A DNA stretch of 63,997 nucleotides, the filler included, from Mitosporidium daphniae (lineage: Eukaryota): NCBI RefSeq assembly GCF_000760515.2. It is 5 parts of 5 records of this genome, joined end to end, with 100 filler letters (N's around TTAATTAATTAA, not from the genome) between each part and the next. Parts side by side here need not be neighbours in the genome. Positions count along the whole stretch, not along the records: positions 30,798 to 46,020 come from NW_013546716.1; positions 46,121 to 60,912 come from NW_013546715.1; 3 more parts are not named here. One strand, given 5' to 3'. Shown in pieces: positions 35,296 to 46,295 of this stretch (the first letter of the stretch is position 1; the number at the start of each line of letters is the position of its first letter). Under the pieces are notes generated by a model, which was given only the letters and a program-made list of their open reading frames with translations, ran no database searches and had not been told where the DNA came from. A program made the position numbers and the translations under genes.

Positions 35296-36150
35296 CTAGC
35301 TAATGGACGTGAATCCGGTTTGCTCATCAATCACGTAGCTAATGGACGGCAGGGATCCTGAAGAAGGACAAGCAACTGAGCCAAGAGTTGGATGGAAAAG
35401 AATCCGCTTATTTTTCTCCCTTTGCGCGCATGATGGCTCCAAAATAAGCTCGATTTTTTGGTCGAATAGGTGCCCATTGGATATCAGGCTGGGATGGATT
35501 GCAGGGGCGCTGCTTTCGAGGCTAGAAGTACCATCAACGATGGCCTTTATTTGGGATACAAAAATAAACGTGCACCTCATCCTGGTTCGAGCAAAATGGA
35601 TGGCCTTTGGAAGATCAACCGAAATTTCATGTAGATCAACAGAAAATCTAATCAGCGACGTTATGTTGTCAACAATAATCAACAGCTCGTCGGCACACCA
35701 CACGGGAAGAAAGTATTTGAGAAAGGAAATAAGCTCGGAGGATGACCTTATTTCGAAGATAAAAAACCTGTCCAGCAGCGACGGGTTGTTCCGTGTGGCT
35801 TGTAGTTGGAACAGTCTTTTTGAGGGGAAAGGTCCATCGGTTGTGAAAAAGGCAACTCTGTACGAAAAAGGGCGTTTTTTTAGCGAGCAAATTGCCGCTT
35901 GAATGGAAAATAGCGTTTTCCCAGTGCCCGCGGCGCCATAAAGTAAAGTGGCCCTTGGCAAACAAAGCGTTGAACCCAACAGCTGGTCAATGTTGGGATC
36001 TCCAATTTGAAGATGCTCCAACAAATACTCGGCATCATCACGAATGATATGTGATGTCCTTCCAGATTCTACCATTTCCTTATAAATGGCCTCTACGTCA
36101 GCCATACATAAAGCACTGTCCCCGTATGCATGGCGATGGTGAAGGGCCAT
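35296..36150 (-). CDS. RAD51 paralog (XRCC3/Rad57-like)
   Basis: GDPNIDQLLG, Walker A GAAGTGKT, TDGPFPSKRL and Walker B IIVDNI. Confidence 0.8.
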   Translation of the reverse strand: MALHHRHAYGDSALCMADVEAIYKEMVESGRTSHIIRDDAEYLLEHLQIGDPNIDQLLGSTLCLPRATLLYGAAGTGKTLFSIQAAICSLKKRPFSYRVAFFTTDGPFPSKRLFQLQATRNNPSLLDRFFIFEIRSSSELISFLKYFLPVWCADELLIIVDNITSLIRFSVDLHEISVDLPKAIHFARTRMRCTFIFVSQIKAIVDGTSSLESSAPAIHPSLISNGHLFDQKIELILEPSCAQREKNKRILFHPTLGSVACPSSGSLPSISYVIDEQTGFTSIS

Positions 36151-36355
36151 TTGGAAGCCAAAATTTAGGGTTCAAAACTTTGTTGCGCATCCCACCACCA
36201 ATTTAAATGGCCACCAATTTGCACTGCAGCATTTTTGAAATGGCCCCTCCCCATTGTAAATGACCATGTTGAAGAATGATGATAGACTCCCCCGCCCCCG
36301 CTAATGCAAGTTGGAAATTTAAAATAATTTAATTTTTGGACATCCGAGTGACACA

Positions 36356-37755
36356 TTATGCCTGCTCCCAATTGTAATACTTGAATTCTTTCTCGACCTT
36401 CTGCAAGCTCTCTACTCTGCTTAGGTCGACTTCGGAATTTTTCAATTTGCTGGGCTTTAACGGGCTTTTTTCGTTCAAAACTGCATTTACTTCATGCATC
36501 AAGTCAAAATGAAACGTCAATGGATTGGGTCGATATGGACTAGGGACCTGCTTTTCGTTCAGTTTGTTCCAGTCGATCTTTTTAAAGAACCTATGCCTCA
36601 TAATCGACTTAAATGACGATTCTTTGGCCTGTTTAAAGCCACCGGAAAGATTCTCATCATTTTCACTATCCAGGCAGGTGCATTTTTGATCGGGAAGCGC
36701 GCTAGACACCTGGTAATGGATTCCGTCCTCAAACCCGATTCGTCTTTTTGGATTCATTTTAAGCAGGGATTTTAAGAAATCAATGGATTCTTGGGAATAT
36801 TTCCCCTTCACAATGGGGAACTGCCCCTTCATGATCGCCTTCATCAGCTCTACTTTGGTATTGCCTTTAAACGGTCGCCTTCCAAACATCAGCTCATACA
36901 TCACTATGCCAAGGCTCCACCAATCAATGGAGCCCCTGTATCCCGATTTTCTGAGGAGCTCTGGAGCCATGTAGGAGACGGTCCCAGATCTGCTGCTTAG
37001 CCTGAACCCCTCCCCTGGAACTAAAAAATATGCACAACACAAGCTTACTTTCCCCTGCAACGTTGAAATCCGATATGTGTATGAATCCGAAAGAGTCTAA
37101 CAGTAAATTTTCCGGCTTGATATCTCTGTGCACGATTCCCATCGTATGGAGATAATGAATGGCAATGCAACACTGTGCCATAAAGTGAGTCACCACTAGC
37201 TCAGGAACTCGGAGCCTTGTCAGTTTTATGTGATGCTCATTTTGGGTTAATTTTTTTTCATTTGAAAATTGGAGGCAAGGAAAAATGGATCTTGGTTGCC
37301 GCCTTGGGGACACCGATCGGCAAGGGCTGTAGGCATTGTCGAGGTAGTACCTGAGATCCCCTCCTAGCATCAAATCCATCACCATGTATATGTTGATGTC
37401 ATCTTGGAAGGCATATCGAAGGTTCACCAAAAAAGGGTGGGGGCAAAGATTCTCAAGAATCCTGCGCTCCTTTAGAACGCCATCGATCTTTTTGGACAAA
37501 ATAAATTCTTCTTTTGAAATGTACTTTAGCGCATAAAATTTGCCCGTTGCTTTGCTTTGGCTTATTACGACCTTGTAAAACGATCCTTGCCCAACGGCCC
37601 GAAGAACACGAAAGTCTTTGATGCTAACTAGGGGTAAGTAAATTTTTATGCGGACCTATTTTTTTCTCCTCCACTGAAGTGGCGTCATTTGTGAAATCTT
37701 CGTATGAGTGGCTGGGATTTGGCCTATCTTTTACGGTTCCAAGGCAATTGCCCAT
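36356..37755 (-). CDS. STK32: AGC kinase, YANK/STK32 family
   Basis: MGNC acylation-type N-terminus, FRVLRAVGQGSF, HPFLVNLRYAFQD, DLMLGGDLRY and the diagnostic DFNVA. Confidence 0.88.
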
Positions 37756-37973
37756 TTGAAGGAATTGCAGAATGGAGATTCTAGTTGTCAACATATGCTG
37801 CCCCACGACCAGATTATTAATTGGTGACACATGCAATGCATCCTATTTGTTCAAATGCTCTGGTGTGTCGTTTGAATGCTCAAATTTAAATTTATTTTGT
37901 GCTCCAATCAAAGTTCAAGGGGGCACGGGACGGGTGTAATTTTGAAATTCAATATTTAAGTTTAATTCTTTCG

Positions 37974-38249
37974 ATGGGACAAGACAATGCCAACAATTGG
38001 TGGAGATTCCGCTACAGAAATGTTTTTCAATACGGGATTTCGCCGTTTTATCAAAAGGCTGTTTTGAATGATTTTGCATACGAATCCAAAAAGCTTCTCA
38101 TCCATTCGACAAAGAACGTGCTAGCGTTCGTCCCCTTTGGGCTGGGCGCAATTGGGCTTGTCATGTGGGCCAATGCCGACCACAAGAAGCGCCATAGAAA
38201 GGCATACCATCACCATGAAAGTGGCCATATCACCGCTGCAGAATCCTAA
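37974..38249 (+). CDS. QCR8: Cytochrome bc1 complex subunit 8
   Basis: WW...QYGISPFYQKA, single TM helix, WAN..H....RK tail. Confidence 0.8.
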   Translation: MGQDNANNWWRFRYRNVFQYGISPFYQKAVLNDFAYESKKLLIHSTKNVLAFVPFGLGAIGLVMWANADHKKRHRKAYHHHESGHITAAES

Positions 38250-38465
38250 CCCCAACCCCAACCCTAAGCCTAAATACATTTCACCCTGTAAACTCTGTTC
38301 CATAGTGTGATGTTTGTAATCTTGTCTGATTTGGCATTTGTATTGCGTGTGTGCCCGCTCTCGCCTAAACTAGGCGATAAATGTGAGTTTAAAGTACACC
38401 GATGCACTTACGGCCGCACAGTAGCTTCGTGAGTTTGTCAAAGTTTATTATTAATTTACCAAACA

Positions 38466-39614
38466 CTATTGGCAGTCTTCTTTTGCAGCCAGAACTGAAT
38501 CAAGAACATCAAAATTGGTGGGTCTGTTGAACTCTTCCGGGGAGGCTTTTGTGAGATTCTCGATTTTATCAAAGTTGCTGATGTAGTGTTTGCGAAGTTC
38601 CTTGTTGGCGACGAGCACCGTTTTTTGAAGACGCTCTAAATTGATCAAATCTTTAATCGACTCGTGCTGCTTGGTGATGTCGGCTATTTGCTCAATATTT
38701 GTCGTGTGGATTCCATTGTCAAACATGAGCGCAACAAGCAAACAGACTCCAAAGAAAAGGTGACGGATGATGGTCAGCTTTTGGGTGAGGCCAACATTTT
38801 CGGCATCAGAAAAAAGATCTGCATAGATGTCTAAAGAGGCAACCTCGTGGGGTGCCAAATAATAAAGCGACTCAAAAATGCCAAAAAACAGCGTAAGAAC
38901 GACCAGGATTTTGCGCCACGATCCCTTTTCCTTTTTCACGGAGGCCAAGCCAATGATGACCAGGAAAACGCAGTAATCCTTGGCAGCACTGAATATGGCA
39001 AAAAGGCAAAAGTCCATTTCATCGGTGCACCAGTCACAGTTTAAGAAGGCATGCTCCCCATACTGAAGGTAATTTGAGCGGCGAGAGGGGCTTTTGAGGC
39101 GCTCAAAAAGACACTGCAACCTCTGATATTTCAGCCCATCATCGGAAACGAGGGGGTCATCTTGAGAAGAAAAAAAGGGGACCGAAGGCAGCTTCTTTCT
39201 ATTCCACAGCCTTTCTCTGAAAAGATCGAATTCGTCCGCATCTCCACTGGCGCAACAAGAGTCTTTGAGGGTCTCAAAGACAGTTGAGAACGATTTTGAG
39301 GCCTCCGCTTGTCTTGTGACAAAGTCGGTGTAATGGGTTCTCAGCTGGAATATAGGGACATCCACGTCGGCCCCAATTTGCTGGAAAAAGTTTTTTGGAC
39401 ATCCGCCTCCAAGCGAAATCCAGAAATAATTAATCACTGCAACGATCAGAATGGAAATACGAATGCGATCCCAAAGTGATGGCACGGTGATCATCAATTG
39501 CTTGTCGGACTGTGGTTGGGCTTTGGCAGCATTTGCGAGCGCCTTGAACAGCTTTCCAAGGATCCACGGCAAAAAGGAAACAATCAAAAACTTTACTAAG
39601 TCCCAGGTATCCAT
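38466..39614 (-). CDS. Multi-pass membrane protein of unknown function (conserved fungal-type)
   Basis: About 5 TM segments and an 'RL.S...R..YL.YG...L.C.WC' motif. Confidence 0.7.
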   Translation of the reverse strand: MDTWDLVKFLIVSFLPWILGKLFKALANAAKAQPQSDKQLMITVPSLWDRIRISILIVAVINYFWISLGGGCPKNFFQQIGADVDVPIFQLRTHYTDFVTRQAEASKSFSTVFETLKDSCCASGDADEFDLFRERLWNRKKLPSVPFFSSQDDPLVSDDGLKYQRLQCLFERLKSPSRRSNYLQYGEHAFLNCDWCTDEMDFCLFAIFSAAKDYCVFLVIIGLASVKKEKGSWRKILVVLTLFFGIFESLYYLAPHEVASLDIYADLFSDAENVGLTQKLTIIRHLFFGVCLLVALMFDNGIHTTNIEQIADITKQHESIKDLINLERLQKTVLVANKELRKHYISNFDKIENLTKASPEEFNRPTNFDVLDSVLAAKEDCQ

Positions 39615-39740
39615 GATCAAACGAGGGGAACGCGACGAGCGGCTAATGATATGGCGAAACTAAATTGTTTTAAAAATTACACCAATAAGTTGCACATTTT
39701 ATTGCAGGCCCAAATGTGCATCATTGTGGCCGGTGGGCCC

Positions 39741-40090
39741 TCATATCCAAACCCTATGAAATGCATAGCCGATCAATAAAACCCCATTGACGTGGAAACA
39801 CTAATTTGGGAAGGGTTAGATACATGTCAGTATAATGCGAACGTTGAACAAATTGAAAACATCCTCGTCTGGGGACGGCATGAAGGAATTGTTGACATAC
39901 AAATACTAAAAATTAGACACGTCAAAGACACAATAGGACAGTTTTCTAAATTCATTTTCTCTTTCAAATATGCTTCCACATCCATGATCAGGAACTTTTG
40001 TTTGCGGTATTTTTCCACCTCCAATTGTAGCTCTGAATTTCTCAGCACCGGTGTGTTTGAGAGGGCCTTAAACTTTAATCTGATGGACAT
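39741..40090 (-). CDS. ATG12: Ubiquitin-like autophagy protein ATG12 (93 aa, 3 exons) lacking the C-terminal glycine
   Basis: Exons 40090-39932, 39905-39843 and 39800-39741 give ...KFKALSNTPVL...YLYVNNSFMPSPDEDVFNLFNCFHVNGVLLIGYAFHRVWI*. Confidence 0.9.
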
Positions 40091-40116
40091 CACCAAAGAA
40101 TAGGAAAATTTATTTT

Positions 40117-41316
40117 TTAAAGTTGAAGGGCCTTTCTAGCTGCACGGACAATCGTTTCCAACGAGGGGAGCGAGTTCTGCTCCAAAACCTGATTGTAGGG
40201 CATGGGGATGTCTGCCCCGGTTACCCTAATAATTGGCCCATCTAAAAAGTCGAATCCAGGCCCTTCGGTGACTTGGGCTGAAATTTCAGAGCCAATGCCA
40301 AACATTGGCCAGCCTCCCTCGACGATCACTAAATTGTTTGTTTTGGCCAGAGACGTGAGGATTGTATCTATGTCCAAAGGGCGAATGCTTCTTAAATTGA
40401 TAACCTCTGAAGACACGCCGTACTCCAACTCTAGTTTCTGTGCGGCCTCGAGAGCCACGCCCACCAACATGGAGTGGGACACGATCGTTATATCAACGCC
40501 TACTTGTCAGGCAACAAGAAAATGTACCCTCGCGCTCAACATGGGCCTTCCCTATTGGAAGCACAAAATTGGAATCTTTTAGATTTTCAGTCAATGGGAA
40601 TGATCGGCCATACATCAGCTCGTTCTCCAGAAACACAACTGGATTTGGATCCCTGATTGCAGCCTTAAATGATAAGGCGGGCAGGGTTACCTTTAAAAGG
40701 CCCTTTGCATCTTCTGCAGAATATGGCGACAGAACTTTGAGGCCAGGAACGGACCCATACCACGCAGCAAAGCATTGCGAATGCTGGGCAGCTACAAATT
40801 GGGGCAGAAAAAACATACCGACGCCTGCAGCAGCACCATTAGGTCCTCTGAAAACGATTGGACAGCCAATAAGGCCTCCGGACATGTACAGGATCTTGGC
40901 AGCAGAATTTACAACATGGTCTATGGCCTTTTAAAAATTAAAAGTCACAATTACCTGCATGGAAAAGTTGAATGTCATAAACTCGCAAATTGGCTTGAGC
41001 CCTGACAGCGCAGCACCGACGGCAAGGCCTGTAAAGCCAGCCTCAGTGATGGGCGTGTCAACGACGCGAGAATCTCCATATTTCTCATGAAGACCACGAG
41101 AAACCTTGTAGGCGCCATTGTATTTGGCCACTTCCTCCCCGATAAGAAATACATTATTGTCCATGGTCATTTCCTCGTCCATGGCCATATTTAAAGCGTC
41201 TCGGACTGTGATTGTTGCCTACAGCCGATGAGGAGCAAAAATGGAAATACCTCAGTCGAGTATGTGACACGTAGAGTCCGTTTGAACAGACCATTCGATA
41301 AAGCCTTCAAAAACAT
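40117..41316 (-). CDS. PDB1: Pyruvate dehydrogenase E1 beta subunit
   Basis: [51 protein letters not shown] and [11 protein letters not shown]. Confidence 0.97.
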
Positions 41317-41401
41317 GGGATTGGGAAAGAGAGATCGCAAATTAAACAATGTCACGATCACGAAATTTAATATGCAATTTATTCCGGGCAATTTGTGTTC
41401 A

Positions 41402-43561
41402 ATGAACGGGCCTCCCTATGTGGAGATTTTGTTTTCTCAAAGCCTGCTTTCTCAAGCGGAAAGGTTCAGCGATGTCATTTTTGACATGCAGAAAAAAAAT
41501 TTGAACCAAATTAAAAGGGAAATGCAGGTGTGCCGCGAACCTTGCCTTACAATAGGATGCGTTTCAAAAACTTGCCTCCAAAGATGGCTTTTTGAGCGTT
41601 CAAACACAACCACACACCGCATTTTTTGAGGAAACCTGCAATTGTACATCAAAATCCATCCGAAATTCGATGTCCAAAGAGCCGGCTCTGCCTTTTGTAT
41701 TTCCTTCGCTGGCCAAGGACGACTTGAACTTTTGTTCGGTAAGTTGGATTGGCGACAACCAATTTAGAATGGCGAAATATGCCTTGCCGTTAATGAGTCC
41801 ATCAGCTCCATCCCAAGATATGCTTATTGGACCGAAATCACGGCAAACGAAAAGGTTTCCAACGCCATTTGCAATTTTAGGCAGAAGATTATCCTGTTCT
41901 GAACTCTGTCCCGTACTTTGGAGATTCTGTTGATATTGAAGATAAAAGCTATTTGAGGCTATACGAGTATATAGATATTCCGGTAGAGAGCGATTCGGAA
42001 GGTTCCCCAACCCCTTTACCTTGTAGAATGTTCGGTTCAAGATGCGATCTATGACAGACTCATTACTCGTCTCGAGTCTGGATCATATTCGCTGAATGAA
42101 TATTCCCTGCTATGGACTCTCTCATCGATAGATGTAAATGCCCGTCGAAGGTTATTTTTTCGCTTTACCTGTAAGATTGTTAAAGTTGCTGCCATGGAAG
42201 GGGACATCCAACCTACTTGAGGCAAATAGGTGCATCTCCGAACTAAATCTGAAGGACCTTGTTTGTTCTTTCTGCGGAGCATACGATTGTAGGGTCCATT
42301 TTGGTATTTTGGTCTTCATTTTACCTTATAGATTTGCCAAAGGGTACCATTTAGCCCAAATTTTTCAAGGGGTCTCTTCTGGGCTATTTCCTCGCAAGAA
42401 AAATTCGTCTTCTTTTCCCCCTAAAACGATTCCATGCTCACAAAGCTTCTGTAGGCTTTCTGCGCTAAAGATTCCTTCACCCCCCACCCCAAGGCCATTG
42501 AGTGAAATCGAAAAGTCTCTGTTTGATAGAGCCTCAAGGATCTTTCCCGGCGATTCATGTTCGCAAAGCGTGTTTTTGCCCCAAAGGACATGTGCTGAAC
42601 TGGTACTTTTATAGCCTCATATCTCATAGTCCTTTCTTGTGTCCGGAAACCATGAGCACCCGCCATCGGATCCGTTGGACTCCAAAAATAATGACACGCG
42701 ACACTCTGCCGCAGGCGCATCTTCTGTTTATTTGCCAATTTTTTCTTGTGGTCATCCTTTTGCGGAATGTAGAAAGCAATGGTGCTCCTGCATCATTTCG
42801 GGTCGAAAATGCACTCCTTCCTGTGCGTGTGGAAACAAGTGCAGCAATTTTTTTAAAGGATGCCACTGTACAAAGGGCTGCAGCTCTTCGACATGCCCCT
42901 GTTTTTCAATGCACATGGAATGCCACCCCAGTCTTTGCCGGAGCTGTAAAGATATTGCCTTGTGCAAAAATTCATCCATTCAACACAGTTGGAGCAAGGT
43001 TTTTGCAAGCCTTCTTACGGGGATTTAGGGCTTGCTTATTGGGAAATCCGATATCTCTGGCTGGGGCGTGTTTGCAGCGGAGTCTATTGTCAAAGGCTCG
43101 TTTATTGCAGAATATACTGGAGAAGTAGTCGATGCAATCTTCTTTTTCTAGATTATTAGCCAAATCGAAGCAGAACGACGGGGATTCGTCTATGACCAAA
43201 GGAAGCTTTCCTTTTTGTTTAATTTGAACAAAGGTTCCAAACTAACCAGTCATACTCCTAGACTTTGTCATTGATGCCACCAAAAAAGGGGGGTTAGTCC
43301 GATTTGCCAATCATTCTACGTGTCCAAATGCAATTGCTAAAGGTTTTCCATTCACATCACTTCCCATTTAAGCAATGAATGTCCTTGGAATCTTGAGAAT
43401 AGGAATCTACGCGAGAGCAAACATTGATGCCGGCGATGAGATTACATTTGATTACAAGTATTTCGTTTTGCTTACCTTCCCCCATTAGATATGAAAAGGA
43501 GGCTGAAAAATTCGTTCCCATCAAGGCAATTTCTAAAAGTAAAGAGGCGGCGTCTAAATGA
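41402..43561 (+). CDS. EZH2: Enhancer of zeste / EZH2-like H3K27 methyltransferase (CXC + SET), multi-exon
   Basis: CXC Cys clusters, SDISGWGVF, EYTGE|IISQIEAERRGFVYD..KLSFLFNLN, VIDATKKG...RFANHS..PN, RIGIYA and GDEITFDY. N-terminal exon structure is approximate. Confidence 0.9.
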
Positions 43562-43730
43562 TCGATTGAGTGCCCAATTCCGATTTGTCCAAGTACACCT
43601 TTTGATCCCATTCTGGCGGACAATTTGGCAATTTAAATTGGAAATTTACATGTGTGCTACTAACTTTGGCCTCAATTTTACTGCTCCAAGGGCCGTTTTA
43701 AATTAAATTGATTTCATTTTAACTTGCTTC

Positions 43731-44994
43731 ATGCGAGCGCTCGCTTATTCTTCGTTTGGATGCGTCGCGGATACCCGTGCTCTTTGTTTTTAATTTGGCT
43801 AGTAAAGCTTACAACCGCAATTCCAACTTCATTTGGAAGCCCATTTCGGCACCAAAATAACAACGCTCCCGATGTACATGTAAAATGGATGGCCGCACCC
43901 ATAAACCCCTCTGATCTTAACCAGGTCATCATGCTTAATTTTACAGAAGATCGAAGGGGCTTATCCAATCCGTCCAGATTCTTTTCCAGCCGTTGCTGGA
44001 AACGAAGGCGTTGGAAGAATCGTCGAGGTTTTGACCTCTGGAACCTCCCTTTGCAAAGGCGATTGGGTGATCCCAGTTTCTCCCGGTTTAGGTTCTACAT
44101 GTTGACATGTTAACGGCTAGGTAATTTTGATCCCAACTTAACGCGTAAAAAGGCACCTGGAGGGAAGAATCTTTCGTTTGCTCAAACGACCTTATAAAAG
44201 TGGACAACACGCTTCCCTTGGCAATGGCATCGATGCTCCACGTGAATCCATGCACTGCATACAGGCTTTTAGACGATTTTTCGATCATGAAGCCAGGTAT
44301 CAGTGACTATGAACAACCAGATCCTAAACATAGGCTCTCTATTAATCCAAAATGGAGCAAACTCTGCCGTCGGCCAATCGGTGATTCAAATTGCTAAAGC
44401 CAAATGCTTCAAGACAATCAATGTCATTCGGCGCCAAAGGTAAAACAACCATCTTTTCCCTTCCAAGGCCGGATTATGAAGAGATAAAAAGGCATCTAGA
44501 AGAGCTGGGCGCAGATATGGTCATATCGGACATCGACCTCGAGACGAGCTCTAACGATTTGGAGAAGAAAATTATCGAGAAATTCGGATCACTGCCAATC
44601 CTCGGGCTAAATTGCGTTGGAGGCTCAAATGCTTTGGGACTTGCAAAGCTGCTCCAGTATGCAAGTGTGCCTTAATTTTAGAAACAACGGATTGCTCCTC
44701 ACATATGGAGCAATGGCAAAAAGGCCCATAACTCTTCCCGCCTCGCTTTTGATATTTAAGAACATCACATTCAAGGGGTTTTGGCTATCGTCTCTGGATA
44801 AAGCTGCTGATGAACCCAATGCCCGCTCCCAACGGATCGTATCTGAGATTTCAAAATGGATTAAAATGGGAACGTTTAAACTAGACTTTACCACACACCC
44901 TATGGATTCGTGGCAACATGCTATCGACACGGCTATCAAATCAAGCTTTACAAAGAGCAAGCAAATACTGCTTCTTTCCCCGGAACGCGATTAA
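43731..44994 (+). CDS. ETR1: Trans-2-enoyl-thioester reductase (MECR/Etr1), multi-exon
   Basis: [54 protein letters not shown] and FKGFWLS. Confidence 0.92.
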
Positions 44995-45350
44995 ATATAC
45001 TAAACACGTAGAATTAAAGACCAAATCAGACAAAAGTTATCATCAAATCTCAGTGAGATTCCCAACGTTTCATCATCACGCTTGTAAATTAAAAAATTAA
45101 GAATGCGAGTAAATTTTATACTTTCGCCATTTCAATTTTGGAATATTCTAGAAGTAATGACTGCCCAATGATGGAACACTAAGAGGGTGCAAGGATACTT
45201 GCGCTTAGTGAACAAAGTGATAGGCTCTCCATATACGATTCTGCTTGCGAAATGGCCAGCATTTGGTCCTGGCGATTTCTTGGAGCATCGAATGTTGTAT
45301 TGTGCATATTTAAAATTTTGGACTTAATTTGCTTTATAAAAATTACAATT

Positions 45351-45970
45351 ATGGTCCATTTAATGGGATCACTTTATCATCTTTTAAGGGCCCCGATTTT
45401 CCGCGTTAGACCGTGTATGGTAGCCCCTCTTTCATTGCTGAACATTCGTATTAGCAATCACAGATACTTTTCAAATTTGAAATGGTAATTGGATCATACT
45501 TTAAGCGCCTTAGGGAGCAGCCAAACACGCCAGATGAGAAATCTCCTATTTCAGATCCAAATAGTTTAAAGAATCGCTCTGAAGATGTGAAAGAGCCTGT
45601 CCAAAATTTCGACGCTCAAAACGCTCAAAACGCTCAAAACGCTCAAAACAGTCAAAAAGCTCAAAACAGTCAAAATAGCTCGAAAGGTATCAGGGGAAAA
45701 ATCAAGCTATTCTTTAACGAATATGGAAAGATTGGAGTCATCGTGTACATTGGCATATCGTCCTTTACGTTCTCCCTATGCTATTTGGGCGTAAAAGCCG
45801 GAATAGACTTGCAAAGGTTGTCTGAGCTTTTAAATATATCTGTTCCTGCCTGGAGTGGCAAAGCTGGCGGGTTTCTTATAACTTATGCTACCTACAAGCT
45901 GTTGTTACCCATTCGTATCGCTTTAACTGCAGCAATCACCCCGTACATTAAACGAAGGTTTAAACTTTAA
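45351..45970 (+). CDS. DUF1279/FAM210-like mitochondrial membrane protein
   Basis: Presequence-like exon 1, intron 45485-45513, then KLFFNEYG..GVIVY...GID...YATYKLLLPIRIALTAAITP. Confidence 0.82.
45614..45676. repeat. Coding 9-bp tandem repeat (GCTCAAAAC x7, degenerate)
   Basis: Encodes AQN/SQN repeats. Confidence 0.85.
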
Positions 45971-46020
45971 ACCCGCGAGCTCCTGAAAATAAATAATTGA
46001 TTTATGTATGCACCCACCCA

Positions 46021-46120
46021 NNNNNNNNNNNNNNNNNNNNNNNNNNNNNNNNNNNNNNNNNNNNTTAATTAATTAANNNNNNNNNNNNNNNNNNNNNNNN
46101 NNNNNNNNNNNNNNNNNNNN
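46021..46120. other. Artificial contig linker
   Basis: N44-TTAATTAATTAA-N44. Confidence 0.97.
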
Positions 46121-46202
46121 TAGACAAGTGCATGCATGGATAGACAAGTGCATGCATGGATAGACAAGTGCATGCATAGGTAGATAAGTCAATCGGTGCA
46201 TG
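46121..46202. repeat. 20-bp minisatellite at contig edge
   Basis: TAGACAAGTGCATGCATGGA x2 exact plus degenerate copies; probably the cause of the assembly break. Confidence 0.85.
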
Positions 46203-46295
46203 TGTAAATCAATCCATACGTCCATGCATGTGCTTCTTTTTCCGATTCATTTCACATAAAAATTTATTAAATAATCGCATAGTGGGCCGCAGCCG

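Noticed and set aside
33534..35902. Long antisense ORFs over PRE3 and the RAD51 paralog
   Set aside because: Shadows of conserved genes with no recognisable features.
39741..39800. Alternative ATG12 splicing that might restore a terminal Gly (TTT GGA in another frame)
   Set aside because: The only usable GT-AG option in the last exon gives GLDMRAHRPQ* and destroys the conserved LxxxY strand; the FG frame is not terminal.
13299..45267. 13-mer GCCAGCATTTGGT shared by two structured blocks (13299 and 45255)
   Set aside because: A single 13-mer match is within chance expectation and the flanks do not align.
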